From contig OZ287756.1 in NCBI GenBank assembly GCA_965649765.1, positions 45,508,001-45,572,000 on the forward strand: a stretch of DNA of 64,000 bases. Reading direction: 5' to 3'. Numbering within the stretch: position 1 is the first letter of the stretch; each line of letters begins with the position of its first letter. Positions 39,401 through 52,650 of the stretch are shown piece after piece. Origin of the DNA: Bispira polyomma (taxonomy: Eukaryota). The notes under the pieces are model-generated. The model made no database searches. It saw only the letters and a list, made by a program, of their open reading frames with translations, and was not told the DNA's origin. The translations under genes were made by a program, and so were the position numbers.

Positions 39401-42400
39401 GTTACATATATAGTACTATTTAATATACATTTTTTATTTTATTACATATAATAAATGTACTGGTTCAAGTTATAGGTATTTGTGTCACTGACTCGTTGCT
39501 TAAGGAAAATATCAATCAGAATAGCTTTGTTTTGATCTGAAGGAATAAATTATTGTAGAACTTTCAACTACTACACTTGTTTTCATTGATGTTTTCACAT
39601 TGTATAATTTGTGGTATTAATGTTTTTTTTCCTGTATAACACAAATCTAACTACACGTAAGTCATGTGTCACACATTGTCAAATAACAATGATTGTGAAT
39701 TATTAAAACTGTTATGATTAGGTCACAGAAATATTACTGAATGGCCTAAATTATATGGAATATATATTCTATGCTGTAAATAATTACTATTATACTACAT
39801 ACCTTTTATATACAATTGAATTTCAATGCTACTGATGCAGTTTTCTTTTTCGCCGCAATTAAAGACACAGTACGAGTGTACCCAGGCTTCCAGTTATTCC
39901 CACTTGGACTAAAAAACCCGATTTCATGCAGTTCTGATTGTAAAATACCTGATGGTAGGTTGCTTGTTGTGGAGTAAGGAATCATGTTTGCTTCTAAATT
40001 TGATGAGGGATAGTGAAGAGCAATAGCATCTCCACTTTGTACATGCAGCCTTTCGTCTGTGGACAGGCTAAGGGTTTAAAATGAAATGGGAAATATTGAG
40101 CTACTCAGTCAAAGGAAACATCAGCGTATACATTTACCATATAGATGCAAAAAATGTGAAGCTCTGATATGTGCAATATAGCAATGAAGCAGAACAGTGT
40201 CCCTAAAGTTTTTACCATCACCACAGTAGGTATATGTATGTATTACACATACAGTAAGGGGCCAGTTAGTTGCAATCACTAAACTTTTACTTATGAGAAC
40301 AGTAATTATATACAGTGGTTGGTGGTTTCCTGTAACACATTCCTATTTGTACTAGTTTCCTCCTACCCCAAATATCTGCCTATTGATATATGATGTAGGA
40401 TGTTGGAAGTGATGTAAACCCCCAAAAAGCAAACTGAATGCTTAGAAAACAGCGAATTACAACCTGTATCCCTTCGTTAGTTGGTGATAGTTCCAGTTTT
40501 GCCACCATCATATACTTTTCATCTTGTAGTTTTCTCCATATAGATAAGAACTGTGTGTCACCACCACGTCTGGTGTAATAATCTATTTCTTTGACTTCAG
40601 CATTTTCTTGGAAAGACAGGGTTTTAAAGAGTTGAAAAGATAATCCTGCTTTTTGAGGCATGTCGGAAACTCCTGCTCGTGGATCCCCATCAACTGTCCC
40701 ACAGTCTAATAATCAAATTGATGCATTGTTTAATTATATTAACTGTAATCTCAGTGTTCAATTTTTTAGTAAAGAAAATAAGGACTATATAAATTACACA
40801 GCAAAAGTATTTTACTTAAGTGGACATTTAGATATTACAAAGTATTACAATAGTATCTAGTTACCTTCATACACTATAAAATTATTTACATGAATTTAAC
40901 TACCTTCCATGTCAAAGAAATTACAATATGGAACACTTTGGGAACCATCACAACATTTTCCTGTCATTATATGGCACATTTTCTTGCTGAGTGTGCTGCA
41001 GGTATAGGGACACATATGTTCACAGTTTATACCACAGGAACCTTGTGGACAGGCTAAAACATGTAAAATGACAAAAAATGTAAGTTATAATCAGTGAAAG
41101 CCTTTTCTCATCTATTGTAATTATTATGTAATAAACTTGTTGTTTATGCATAATTTGTGTTCAGTGATGTTTTTGCATATTTTGTGTTCAGTGAGTGTTT
41201 TGATTTGCCTTCTGCCTTCAATTATTTCTCTCCATTAATTTTAAAATATTTGTCACTCGGGTAATTTTCCTAACGTATAACATACAGAATAATGTAGAAA
41301 CTAAGACATGAAAATATTTCAATTATTTATTCAGACTACTAAAATCTGAATATATGAAATAGTATTCACAAATATAGTGCCTTACATGTTTACTTATATT
41401 ATTGGCTTTGTTGTGAGAGTTTTATTCACATACGTTTTCTGGCGTATTTTTACAAAAAGTAATGCTACATCAAGTAAATTTTGCCCACCTAAAGTGACTC
41501 TACTTTTTACAAGATAACCACTTATTTGTAAACATATTATGTTATCTGTCATTTCTGCTAAACAGACATTATCTTGTATCTAAGAATGAGTTTGTCCAAT
41601 TTTAATATGTTTACATTATTCCTGGTTAATCCTGTACAATATCCGTTATCTTGTAATATTTATGTTTAAAATTTAATTAGTAAAACTAAATGAAAAACTA
41701 GTCCAAAATGAAGTATCAAGATATTACCAAAAAGTAACCAAAATATTCAACTTTGACCTATCTTACTTGAGTAAACACTAAGTGATCCATCTCCTCCACA
41801 GATGTCACCACTGTTGTCACTACACTGTGTGTTACATTGGTCTGAGATGCCGTGTTTGCTAAAGTCTTCTCCACAGTGACATTCTCTCCCAGCCTAGTGG
41901 TAAGATATTTAGATGATTAGTGATTATTTATGCACACCTGTTTCAAAAGTCGTTTTTAAGTAATCAGTTGTTTCAAATATTTATTGTGGGTATTTAAAAA
42001 ACTCATGGCACTAAATAAACTACATGTCTAATTCTATTCATTTCTGGGAACTTCACAATAATATAACTGAGTGTAAAGAATAAATGTTTTAAATTTAGAA
42101 TATAACCAAACAATTATTTTTAAAAGTTTTTGGAAGCTGTATATGTACATCAATTGTTCAATGTATATTTTATAAAACACTGGTTGTTAAATACTCTAGT
42201 CATACATAATAGAGGTATCTAATCTTATCTTCTATATTCTATTATTGTTCATATTATAGTCATTGCTGTAAAGTGGCTGGTTGATGCAAAATAGTGATAA
42301 ACTTTAAATTACAGGCATCTGCAGAACCTGTAAATCTGTTTTCCAAAATTAATTAATGATTAATACTACCTTGAGACCAGAAAATGTATATTTGTTGCTT

Positions 42401-45400
42401 TTACAGAAATTCAAGCAATCACTAATTGAAGTTGTTAGAGATTGTTCACTTGTAATTATGGTCATTGCATAGGTAGATTCTTCATCTTTGTAACACCCTA
42501 TGGACTGGGAATCTGAAACATAAACATAGATCTATACAGGCCTACTTATCGGTTAAATGATCACAACATAGCTATTATCTTGGCATCATCTTGAGATATG
42601 GCATAACATATCATTAAGAACTAAAACTGTAGTCTATGATGTGCAATAGTATTTAGTAAAGGAAACCCAACCATATACAAGAGTTTATTCAATGTAGGTC
42701 ATAAGCAAAGAAGCACACAATAGCCCTGAAAAAGTTTTTATGCTAAACATGTCGAATATTTACGCATTTGTGTCACAGTTTGTGCCAATAATAGTTACTG
42801 GTTATATGATGTATTATGGTAAAAGTTGCACTGGCAAAAATCTCATTTTTGTTTCACCTTGACGTAACAGACAGAAAATTTAATGTTGCAAAACTACCTA
42901 ATACACTCTACAATTATAGTAGACATTAAGGCACTGACATTCTGAAAAATCATGTTTTTGTTACCCCCAAAAGTCTTCAATTATGCCACCAGTTGTCCTT
43001 GAAAGGTGTAAAAGGTCAGAGGAATGTCAAAGTAATATGGAAAGTGGTATGTAGTTATGCATAGGATGTAGTAAAACTATGATTTGCGATATTTATTAGT
43101 GTACACCGTTAATTCTGTATATGTATACACAAATAGTGTTAAAAATATATCAATTTTAAAATATATGAAAGAATTTTTAAAAGACCCAACACATATGTGA
43201 TAGTCATTAACATAACATGAGGACATCAGAACCTTATAAGGACAAGCCATACATAAACAAGACATCATATCGGTATATCCCAATGGCTGAGTTAGAAGAA
43301 CATGCAATTTCCTCCGGTATCAACTTCTCCGTCTCAATGTAATGACAGCCTTACAGCCAACATTGATAATAACCACATCAAGGTCCCTTTATAGTCAACC
43401 TTGTAACAAATTAGACAACACACCTTGTCATTCAGTTATTTTAAATGAGCCAACATAGTTATATCAAGAAATCATTTACTAAACAAAGCCAGCATAGTGT
43501 GTCGAGCACGACAACTTTAGCGGTAGAATACTGTCTGATATACTAATATCACTGCCAAATTGGGCCAAGTTATGTTCATGTAAAGTCACACTAAATGCAA
43601 CAGACAACAAAAGTAAGATCCAAAGTATTACGCTGCATCCACAAAATATTCCTCTCTGTCTTAATTAACTACCTTTTTGGTGTGCATAAAACATACCTTC
43701 ATTACATTTAAATCCTTGATATCCAGTTGCACATCCACTAGGACAAGTTCCATCCACAAAGTGACAGATGTCATTGCTTTTACAATTGTGACAGTCATTG
43801 CCACAGTCACTACCATACTTGCCAATTGGACAGCCTACCAGATATCATACAGAGAAAGATTATAATTGGAATATTTAGATTTTCATTTACCGAATAACAA
43901 AAAATAAGATAGCAATCCAAAAACATAATCAACTTTTTTGTAATAGTATTTATAATTATGTTGTTACATATATAGTACTATTTAATATACATTTTTTATT
44001 TTATTACATATAATAAATGTACTGGTTCAAGTTATAGGTATTTGTGTCACTGACTCGTTGCTTAAGGAAAATATCAATCAGAATAGCTTTGTTTTGATCT
44101 GAAGGAATAAATTATTGTAGAACTTTCAACTACTACACTTGTTTTCATTGATGTTTTCACATTGTATAATTTGTGGTATTAATGTTTTTTTTCCTGTATA
44201 ACACAAATCTAACTACACGTAAGTCATGTGTCACACATTGTCAAATAACAATGATTGTGAATTATTAAAACTGTTATGATTAGGTCACAGAAATATTACT
44301 GAATGGCCTAATTTATATGGAATATATATTCTATGCTGTAAATAATTACTATTATACTACATACCTTTTATATACAATTGAATTTCAATGCTACTGATGC
44401 AGTTTTCTTTTTCGCCGTAATTAAAGACACAGTACGAGTGTACCCAGGCTTCCAGTTATTCCCACTTGGACTAAAAAACCCGATTTCATGCAGTTCTGAT
44501 TGTAAAATACCTGATGGTAGGTTGCTTGTTGTGGAGTAAGGAATCATGTTTGCTTCTAAATTTGATGAGGGATAGTGAAGAGCAATAGCATCTCCACTTT
44601 GTACATGCAGCCTTTCGTCTGTGGACAGGCTAAGGGTCTAAAATGAAATGGGAAATATTGAGCTACTCAGTCAAAGGAAACATCAGCGTATACATTTACC
44701 ATATAGATGCAAAAAATGTGAAGCTCTGATATGTGCAATATAGCAATGAAGCAGAACAGTGTCCCTAAAGTTTTTACCATCACCACAGTAGGTATATGTA
44801 TGTATTACACATACAGTAAGGGGCCAGTTAGTTGCAATCACTAAACTTTTACTTATGAGAACAGTAATTATATACAGTGGTTGGTGGTTTCCTGTAACAC
44901 ATTCCTATTTGTACTAGTTTCCTCCTACCCCAAATATCTGCCTATTGATATATGATGTAGGATGTTGGAAGTGATGTAAACCCCCAAAAAGCAAACTGAA
45001 TGCTTAGAAAACAGCGAATTACAACCTGTATCCCTTCGTTAGTTGGTGATAGTTCCAGTTTTGCCACCATCATATACTTTTCATCTTGTAGTTTTCTCCA
45101 TATAGATAAGAACTGTGTGTCACCACCACGTCTGGTGTAATAATCTATTTCTTTGACTTCAGCATTTTCTTGGAAAGACAGGGTTTTAAAGAGTTGAAAA
45201 GATAATCCTGCTTTTTGAGGCATGTCGGAAACTCCTGCTCGTGGATCCCCATCAACTGTCCCACAGTCTAATAATCAAATTGATGCATTGTTTAATTATA
45301 TTAACTGTAATCTCAGTGTTCAATTTTTTAGTAAAGAAAATAAGGACTATATAAATTACACAGCAAAAGTATTTTACTTAAGTGGACATTTAGATATTAC

Positions 45401-48400
45401 AAAATATTACAATAGTATCTAGTTACCTTCATACACTATAAAATTATTTACATGAATTTAACTACTTTCCATGTCAAAGAAATTACAATATGGAACACTT
45501 TGGGAACCATCACAACATTTTCCTGTCATTATATGGCACATTTTCTTGCTGAGTGTGCTGCAGGTATAGGGACACATATGTTCACAGTTTATACCATAGG
45601 AACCTTGTGGACAGGCTAAAACATGTAAAATGACAAAAAATGTAAGTTATAATCAGTGAAAGCCTTTTCTCATCTGTTGTAATTATTATGTAATAAACTT
45701 GTTGTTTATGCATAATTTGTGTTCAGTGATGTTTTTGCATATTTTGTGTTCAGTGAGTGTTTTGATTTGCCTTCTGCCTTCAATTATTTCTCTCCATTAA
45801 TTTTAAAATATTTGTCACTCGGGTAATTTTCCTAATGTATAACATACAGAATAATGTAGAAACTAAGACATGAAAATATTTCAATTATTTATTCAGACTA
45901 CTAAAATCTGAATATATGAAATAGTATTCACAAATATAGTGCCTTACATGTTTACTTATATTATTGGCTTTGTTGTGAGAGTTTTATTCACATACGTTTT
46001 CTGGCGTATTTTTACAAAAAGTAATGCTACATCAAGTAAATTTTGCCCACCTAAAGTGACTCTACTTTTTACAAGATAACCACTTATTTGTAAACATATT
46101 ATGTTATCTGTCATTTCTGCTAAACAGACATTATCTTGTATCTAAGAATGAGTTTGTCCAATTTTAATATGTTTACATTATTCCTGGTTAATCCTGTACA
46201 ATATCCGTTATCTTGTAATATTTATGTTTAAAATTTAATTAGTAAAACTAAATGAAAAACTAGTCCAAAATGAAGTATCAAGATATTACCAAAAAGTAAC
46301 CAAAATATTCAACTTTGACCTATCTTACTTGAGTAAACACTAAGTGATCCATCTCCTCCACAGATGTCACCACTGTTGTCACTACACTGTGTGTTACATT
46401 GGTCTGAGATGCCGTGTTTGCTAAAGTCTTCTCCACAGTGACATTCTCTCCCAGCCTAGTGGTAAGATATTTAGATGATTAGTGATTATTTATGCACACC
46501 TGTTTCAAAAGTCGTTTTTAAGTAATCAGTTGTTTCAAATATTTATTGTGGGTATTTAAAAAACTCATGGCACTAAATAAACTACATGTCTAATTCTATT
46601 CATTTCTGGGAACTTCACAATAATATAACTGAGTGTAAAGAATAAATGTTTTAAATTTAGAATATAACCAAACAAGTATTTTTAAAAGTTTTTGGAAGCT
46701 GTATATGTACATCAATTGTTCAATGTATATTTTATAAAACACTGGTTGTTAAATACTCTAGTCATACATAATAGAGGTATCTAATCTTATCTTCTATATT
46801 CTATTATTGTTCATATTATAGTCATTGCTGTAAAGTGGCTGGTTGATGCAAAATAGTGATAAACTTTAAATTACAGGCATCTGCAGAACCTGTAAATCTG
46901 TTTTCCAAAATTAATTAATGATTAATACTACCTTGAGACCAGAAAATGTATATTTGTTGCTTTTACAGAAATTCAAGCAATCACTAATTGAAGTTGTTAG
47001 AGATTGTTCACTTGTAATTATGGTCATTGCATAGGTAGATTCTTCATCTTTGTAACACCCTATGGACTGGGAATCTGAAACATAAACATAGATCTATACA
47101 GGCCTACTTATCAGTTAAATGATCACAACATAGCTATTATCTTGGCATCATCTTGAGATATGGCATAACATATCATTAAGAACTAAAACTGTAGTCTATG
47201 ATGTGCAATAGTATTTAGTAAAGGAAACCCAACCATATACAAGAGTTTATTCAATGTAGGTCATAAGCAAAGAAGCACACAATAGCCCTGAAAAAGTTTT
47301 TATGCTAAACATGTCGAATATTTACGCATTTGTGTCACAGTTTGTGCCAATAATAGTTACTGGTTATATGATGTATTATGGTAAAAGTTGCACTGGCAAA
47401 AATCTCATTTTTGTTTCACCTTGACGTAACAGACAGAAAATTTAATGTTGCAAAACTACCTAATACACTCTACAATTATAGTAGACATTAAGGCACTGAC
47501 ATTCTGAAAAATCATGTTTTTGTTACCCCCAAAAGTCTTCAATTATGCCACCAGTTGTCCTTGAAAGGTGTAAAAGGTCAGAGGAATGTCAAAGTAATAT
47601 GGAAAGTGGTATGTAGTTATGCATAGGATGTAGTAAAACTATGATTTGCGATATTTATTAGTGTACACCGTTAATTCTGTATATGTATACACAAATAGTG
47701 TTAAAAATATATCAATTTTAAAATATATGAAAGAATTTTTAAAAGACCCAACACATATGTGATAGTCATTAACATAACATGAGGACATCAGAACCTTATA
47801 AGGACAAGCCATACATAAACAAGACATCATATCGGTATATCCCAATGGCTGAGTTAGAAGAACATGCAATTTCCTCCGGTATCAACTTCTCCGTCTCAAT
47901 GTAATGACAGCCTTACAGCCAACATTGATAATAACCACATCAAGGTCCCTTTATAGTCAACCTTGTAACAAATTAGACAACACACCTTGTCATTCAGTTA
48001 TTTTAAATGAGCCAACATAGTTATATCAAGAAATCATTTACTAAACAAAGCCAGCATAGTGTGTCGAGCACGACAACTTTAGCGGTAGAATACTGTCTGA
48101 TATACTAATATCACTGCCAAATTGGGCCAAGTTATGTTCATGTAAAGTCACACTAAATGCAACAGACAACAAAAGTAAGATCCAAAGTATTACGCTGCAT
48201 CCACAAAATATTCCTCTCTGTCTTAATTAACTACCTTTTTGGTGTGCATAAAACATACCTTCATTACATTTAAATCCTTGATATCCAGTTGCACATCCAC
48301 TAGGACAAGTTCCATCCACAAAGTGACAGATGTCATTGCTTTTACAATTGTGACAGTCATTGCCACAGTCACTACCATACTTGCCAATTGGACAGCCTAC

Positions 48401-51400
48401 CAGATATCATACAGAGAAAGATTATAATTGGAATATTTAGATTTTCATTTACCGAATAACAAAAAATAAGATAGCAATCCAAAAACATAATCAACTTTTT
48501 TGTAATAGTATTTATAATTATGTTGTTACATATATAGTACTATTTAATATACATTTTTTATTTTATTACATATAATAAATGTACTGGTTCAAGTTATAGG
48601 TATTTGTGTCACTGACTCGTTGCTTAAGGAAAATATCAATCAGAATAGCTTTGTTTTGATCTGAAGGAATAAATTATTGTAGAACTTTCAACTACTACAC
48701 TTGTTTTCATTGATGTTTTCACATTGTATAATTTGTGGTATTAATGTTTTTTTTCCTGTATAACACAAATCTAACTACACGTAAGTCATGTGTCACACAT
48801 TGTCAAATAACAATGATTGTGAATTATTAAAACTGTTATGATTAGGTCACAGAAATATTACTGAATGGCCTAATTTATATGGAATATATATTCTATGCTG
48901 TAAATAATTACTATTATACTACATACCTTTTGTATACAATTGAATTTCAATGCTACTGATGCAGTTTTCTTTTTCGCCGCAATTAAAGACACAGTACGAG
49001 TGTACCCAGGCTTCCAGTTATTCCCACTTGGACTAAAAAACCCGATTTCATGCAGTTCTGATTGTAAAATACCTGATGGTAGGTTGCTTGTTGTGGAGTA
49101 AGGAATCATGTTTGCTTCTAAATTTGATGAGGGATAGTGAAGAGCAATAGCATCTCCACTTTGTACATGCAGCCTTTCGTCTGTGGACAGGCTAAGGGTC
49201 TAAAATGAAATGGGAAATATTGAGCTACTCAGTCAAAGGAAACATCAGCGTATACATTTACCATATAGATGCAAAAAATGTGAAGCTCTGATATGTGCAA
49301 TATAGCAATGAAGCAGAACAGTGTCCCTAAAGTTTTTACCATCACCACAGTAGGTATATGTATGTATTACACATACAGTAAGGGGCCAGTTAGTTGCAAT
49401 CACTAAACTTTTACTTATGAGAACAGTAATTATATACAGTGGTTGGTGGTTTCCTGTAACACATTCCTATTTGTACTAGTTTCCTCCTACCCCAAATATC
49501 TGCCTATTGATATATGATGTAGGATGTTGGAAGTGATGTAAACCCCCAAAAAGCAAACTGAATGCTTAGAAAACAGCGAATTACAACCTGTATCCCTTCG
49601 TTAGTTGGTGATAGTTCCAGTTTTGCCACCATCATATACTTTTCATCTTGTAGTTTTCTCCATATAGATAAGAACTGTGTGTCACCACCACGTCTGGTGT
49701 AATAATCTATTTCTTTGACTTCAGCATTTTCTTGGAAAGACAGGGTTTTAAAGAGTTGAAAAGATAATCCTGCTTTTTGAGGCATGTCGGAAACTCCTGC
49801 TCGTGGATCCCCATCAACTGTCCCACAGTCTAATAATCAAATTGATGCATTGTTTAATTATATTAACTGTAATCTCAGTGTTCAATTTTTTAGTAAAGAA
49901 AATAAGGACTATATAAATTACACAGCAAAAGTATTTTACTTAAGTGGACATTTAGATATTACAAAGTATTACAATAGTATCTAGTTACCTTCATACACTA
50001 TAAAATTATTTACATGAATTTAACTACCTTCCATGTCAAAGAAATTACAATATGGAACACTTTGGGAACCATCACAACATTTTCCTGTCATTATATGGCA
50101 CATTTTCTTGCTGAGTGTGCTGCAGGTATAGGGACACATATGTTCACAGTTTATACCATAGGAACCTTGTGGACAGGCTAAAACATGTAAAATGACAAAA
50201 AATGTAAGTTATAATCAGTGAAAGCCTTTTCTCATCTATTGTAATTATTATGTAATAAACTTGTTGTTTATGCATAATTTGTGTTCAGTGATGTTTTTGC
50301 ATATTTTGTGTTCAGTGAGTGTTTTGATTTGCCTTCTGCCTTCAATTATTTCTCTCCATTAATTTTAAAATATTTGTCACTCGGGTAATTTTCCTAATGT
50401 ATAACATACAGAATAATGTAGAAACTAAGACATGAAAATATTTCAATTATTTATTCAGACTACTAAAATCTGAATATATGAAATAGCATTCAGAAATATA
50501 GTGCCTTACATGTTTACTTATATTATTGGCTTTGTTGTGAGAGTTTTATTCACATACGTTTTCTGGCGTATTTTTACAAAAAGTAATGCTACATCAAGTA
50601 AATTTTGCCCACCTAAAGTGACTCTACTTTTTACAAGATAACCACTTATTTGTAAACATATTATGTCATCTGTCATTTCTGCTAAACAGACATTATCTTG
50701 TATCTAAGAATGAGTTTGTCCAATTTTAATATGTTTACATTATTCCTGGTTAATCCTGTACAATATCCGTTATCTTGTAATATTTATGTTTAAAATTTAA
50801 TTAGTAAAACTAAATGAAAAACTAGTCCAAAATGAAGTATCAAGATATTACCAAAAAGTAACCAAAATATTCAACTTTGACCTATCTTACTTGAGTAAAC
50901 ACTAAGTGATCCATCTCCTCCACAGATGTCACCACTGTTGTCACTACACTGTGTGTTACATTGGTCTGAGATGCCGTGTTTGCTAAAGTCTTCTCCACAG
51001 TGACATTCTCTCCCAGCCTAGTGGTAAGATATTTAGATGATTAGTGATTATTTATGCACACCTGTTTCAAAAGTCGTTTTTAAGTAATCAGTTGTTTCAA
51101 ATATTTATTGTGGGTATTTAAAAAACTCATGGCACTAAATAAACTACATGTCTAATTCTATTCATTTCTGGGAACTTCACAATAATATAACTGAGTGTAA
51201 AGAATAAATGTTTTAAATTTAGAATATAACCAAACAAGTATTTTTAAAAGTTTTTGGAAGCTGTATATGTACATCAATTGTTCAATGTATATTTTATAAA
51301 ACACTGGTTGTTAAATACTCTAGTCATACATAATAGAGGTATCTAATCTTATCTTCTATATTCTATTATTGTTCATATTATAGTCATTGCTGTAAAGTGG

Positions 51401-51636
51401 CTGGTTGATGCAAAATAGTGATAAACTTTAAATTACAGGCATCTGCAGAACCTGTAAATCTGTTTTCCAAAATTAATTAATGATTAATACTACCTTGAGA
51501 CCAGAAAATGTATATTTGTTGCTTTTACAGAAATTCAAGCAATCACTAATTGAAGTTGTTAGAGATTGTTCACTTGTAATTATGGTCATTGCATAGGTAG
51601 ATTCTTCATCTTTGTAACACCCTATGGACTGGGAAT
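30116..51636 (-). CDS. Multi-exon type-I membrane receptor (WSC + MEGF10/Draper-like EGF repeats + unassigned domain, TM, Tyr-motif tail); signal-peptide exon not found in window
   Basis: GT-AG exons 5'->3': A 51494-51636, B 50891-51017 (WSC), C 50028-50177 (EGF), D 49588-49829, E 48927-49199, F 48259-48396 (EGF), repeated at -4562 steps. Then EGF exons 35282-35416, 34821-34955, 31728-31865, 31247-31387 and TM exon 30116-30465. A+B, C, F and the EGF exons are stop-free phase 1-1 modules. Confidence 0.8.
30593..30679 (+). mobile_element. 5'-truncated SINE 3' end with 14-bp TSD
   Basis: TTTTATAAAAAGTG at 30579-30592 and 30680-30693; ends GGGACGTAAAACCC...CTTTGAC. Confidence 0.75.
30800..31115 (-). 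mobile_element. L2 3'-end fragment (intronic)
   Basis: [45 protein letters not shown], homologous to the end of ORF 21518-22231. Confidence 0.8.
31247..31387 (-). CDS. EGF-like exon (8 Cys)
   Basis: [47 protein letters not shown]; AG/GT, 141 nt. Confidence 0.9.
31728..31865 (-). CDS. EGF-like exon
   Basis: [46 protein letters not shown]; 138 nt. Confidence 0.9.
32400..34550 (-). mobile_element. Decayed Ty3/Gypsy LTR-retrotransposon pol (RT-RNase H-integrase), intronic; LTRs not evident
   Basis: [10 protein letters not shown]...KLNKSKCKF...[57 protein letters not shown]; RT-RH-IN order. Confidence 0.9.
34821..34955 (-). CDS. EGF-like exon
   Basis: [44 protein letters not shown]; 135 nt. 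Confidence 0.9.
35282..35416 (-). CDS. EGF-like exon
   Basis: [44 protein letters not shown]; 135 nt. Confidence 0.88.
48259..48396 (-). CDS. Exon F, EGF-like (also 43697-43834, 39135-39272)
   Basis: [45 protein letters not shown]. Confidence 0.88.
48927..49829 (-). CDS. Exons D (49588-49829) and E (48927-49199): ~170-aa unassigned beta-rich extracellular domain; frame-incompatible with exon F
   Basis: DCGTVDGDP...[28 protein letters not shown]...EGIQ|[23 protein letters not shown]...IPY...KFNCIQK; 242+273=515 nt. Confidence 0.65.
50028..50177 (-). CDS. Exon C, EGF-like (also 45466-45615, 40904-41053, 36342-36491)
   Basis: [49 protein letters not shown]. Confidence 0.85.
50891..51636 (-). 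CDS. Exons A (51494-51636) and B (50891-51017): WSC carbohydrate-binding domain (also 46329-47074, 41767-42512, 37205-37950)
   Basis: SIGCYKDEE...[17 protein letters not shown]|AGRECHCG...[24 protein letters not shown] fits the WSC consensus (GCY.D...C..FC...GL...ECxCG...C...C.G....CGG....SVY). Confidence 0.9.
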
Positions 51637-52650
51637 CTGAAACATAAACATAGATCTATACAGGCCTACTTATCGGTTAAATGATCACAACATAGCTATT
51701 ATCTTGGCATCATCTTGAGATATGGCATAACATATCATTAAGAACTAAAACTGTAGTCTATGATGTGCAATAGTATTTAGTAAAGGAAACCCAACCATAT
51801 ACAAGAGTTTATTCAATGTAGGTCATAAGCAAAGAAGCACACAATAGCCCTGAAAAAGTTTTTATGCTAAACATGTCGAATATTTACGCATTTGTGTCAC
51901 AGTTTGTGCCAATAATAGTTACTGGTTATATGATGTATTATGGTAAAAGTTGCACTGGCAAAAATCTCATTTTTGTTTCACCTTGACGTAACAGACAGAA
52001 AATTTAATGTTGCAAAACTACCTAATACACTCTACAATTATAGTAGACATTAAGGCACTGACATTCTGAAAAATCATGTTTTTGTTACCCCCAAAAGTCT
52101 TCAATTATGCCACCAGTTGTCCTTGAAAGGTGTAAAAGGTCAGAGGAATGTCAAAGTAACATGGAAGGTGGTATGTAGTTATGCATAGGATGTAGTAAAA
52201 CTATGGTTTGCGGTATTTATTAGTGTACACCGTTAATTCTGTATATGTATATACAAATAGTCTTAAAAATATATTTAAAAAATTTTAAAATATATGAAAG
52301 AATTTTTAAAAGACCCAACACATATGTGATAGTCATTAACATAACATGAGGACATCAGAACCTTATAAGGACAAGCCATACATAAACAAGACATCATATC
52401 GGTATATCCCAATGGCTGAGTTAGAAGAACATGCAATTTCCTCCGGTATCAACTTCTCCGTCTCAATGTAATGACAGCCTTACAGCCAACATTGATAATA
52501 ACCACATCAAGGTCCCTTTATAGTCAACCTTGTAACAAATTAGACAACACACCTTGTCATTCAGTTATTTTAAATGAGCCAACACAGTTATATCAAGAAA
52601 TCTTTTAACTAGACGAAGCCAGCATAGTGTGTCGAGCACGACAACTTTAG

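Larger units (their letters stand above)
35970..52650. repeat. Tandem segmental duplication, 4,562-bp unit, ~3.65 near-identical copies (35970-38958 truncated, 38959-43520, 43521-48082, 48083-52650)
   Basis: Identical ORFs at 36098/40660/45222/49784 and 39115/43677/48239. Junction actttag|cggtag at 38958, 43520 and 48082. Confidence 0.97.

Noticed and set aside
36098-49984. Repeated short ORFs (MSETPARG..., MHVLLTQP..., MVCIKHTF...) as genes
   Set aside because: They are antisense to real exons or intronic and recur only because of the 4,562-bp duplication.
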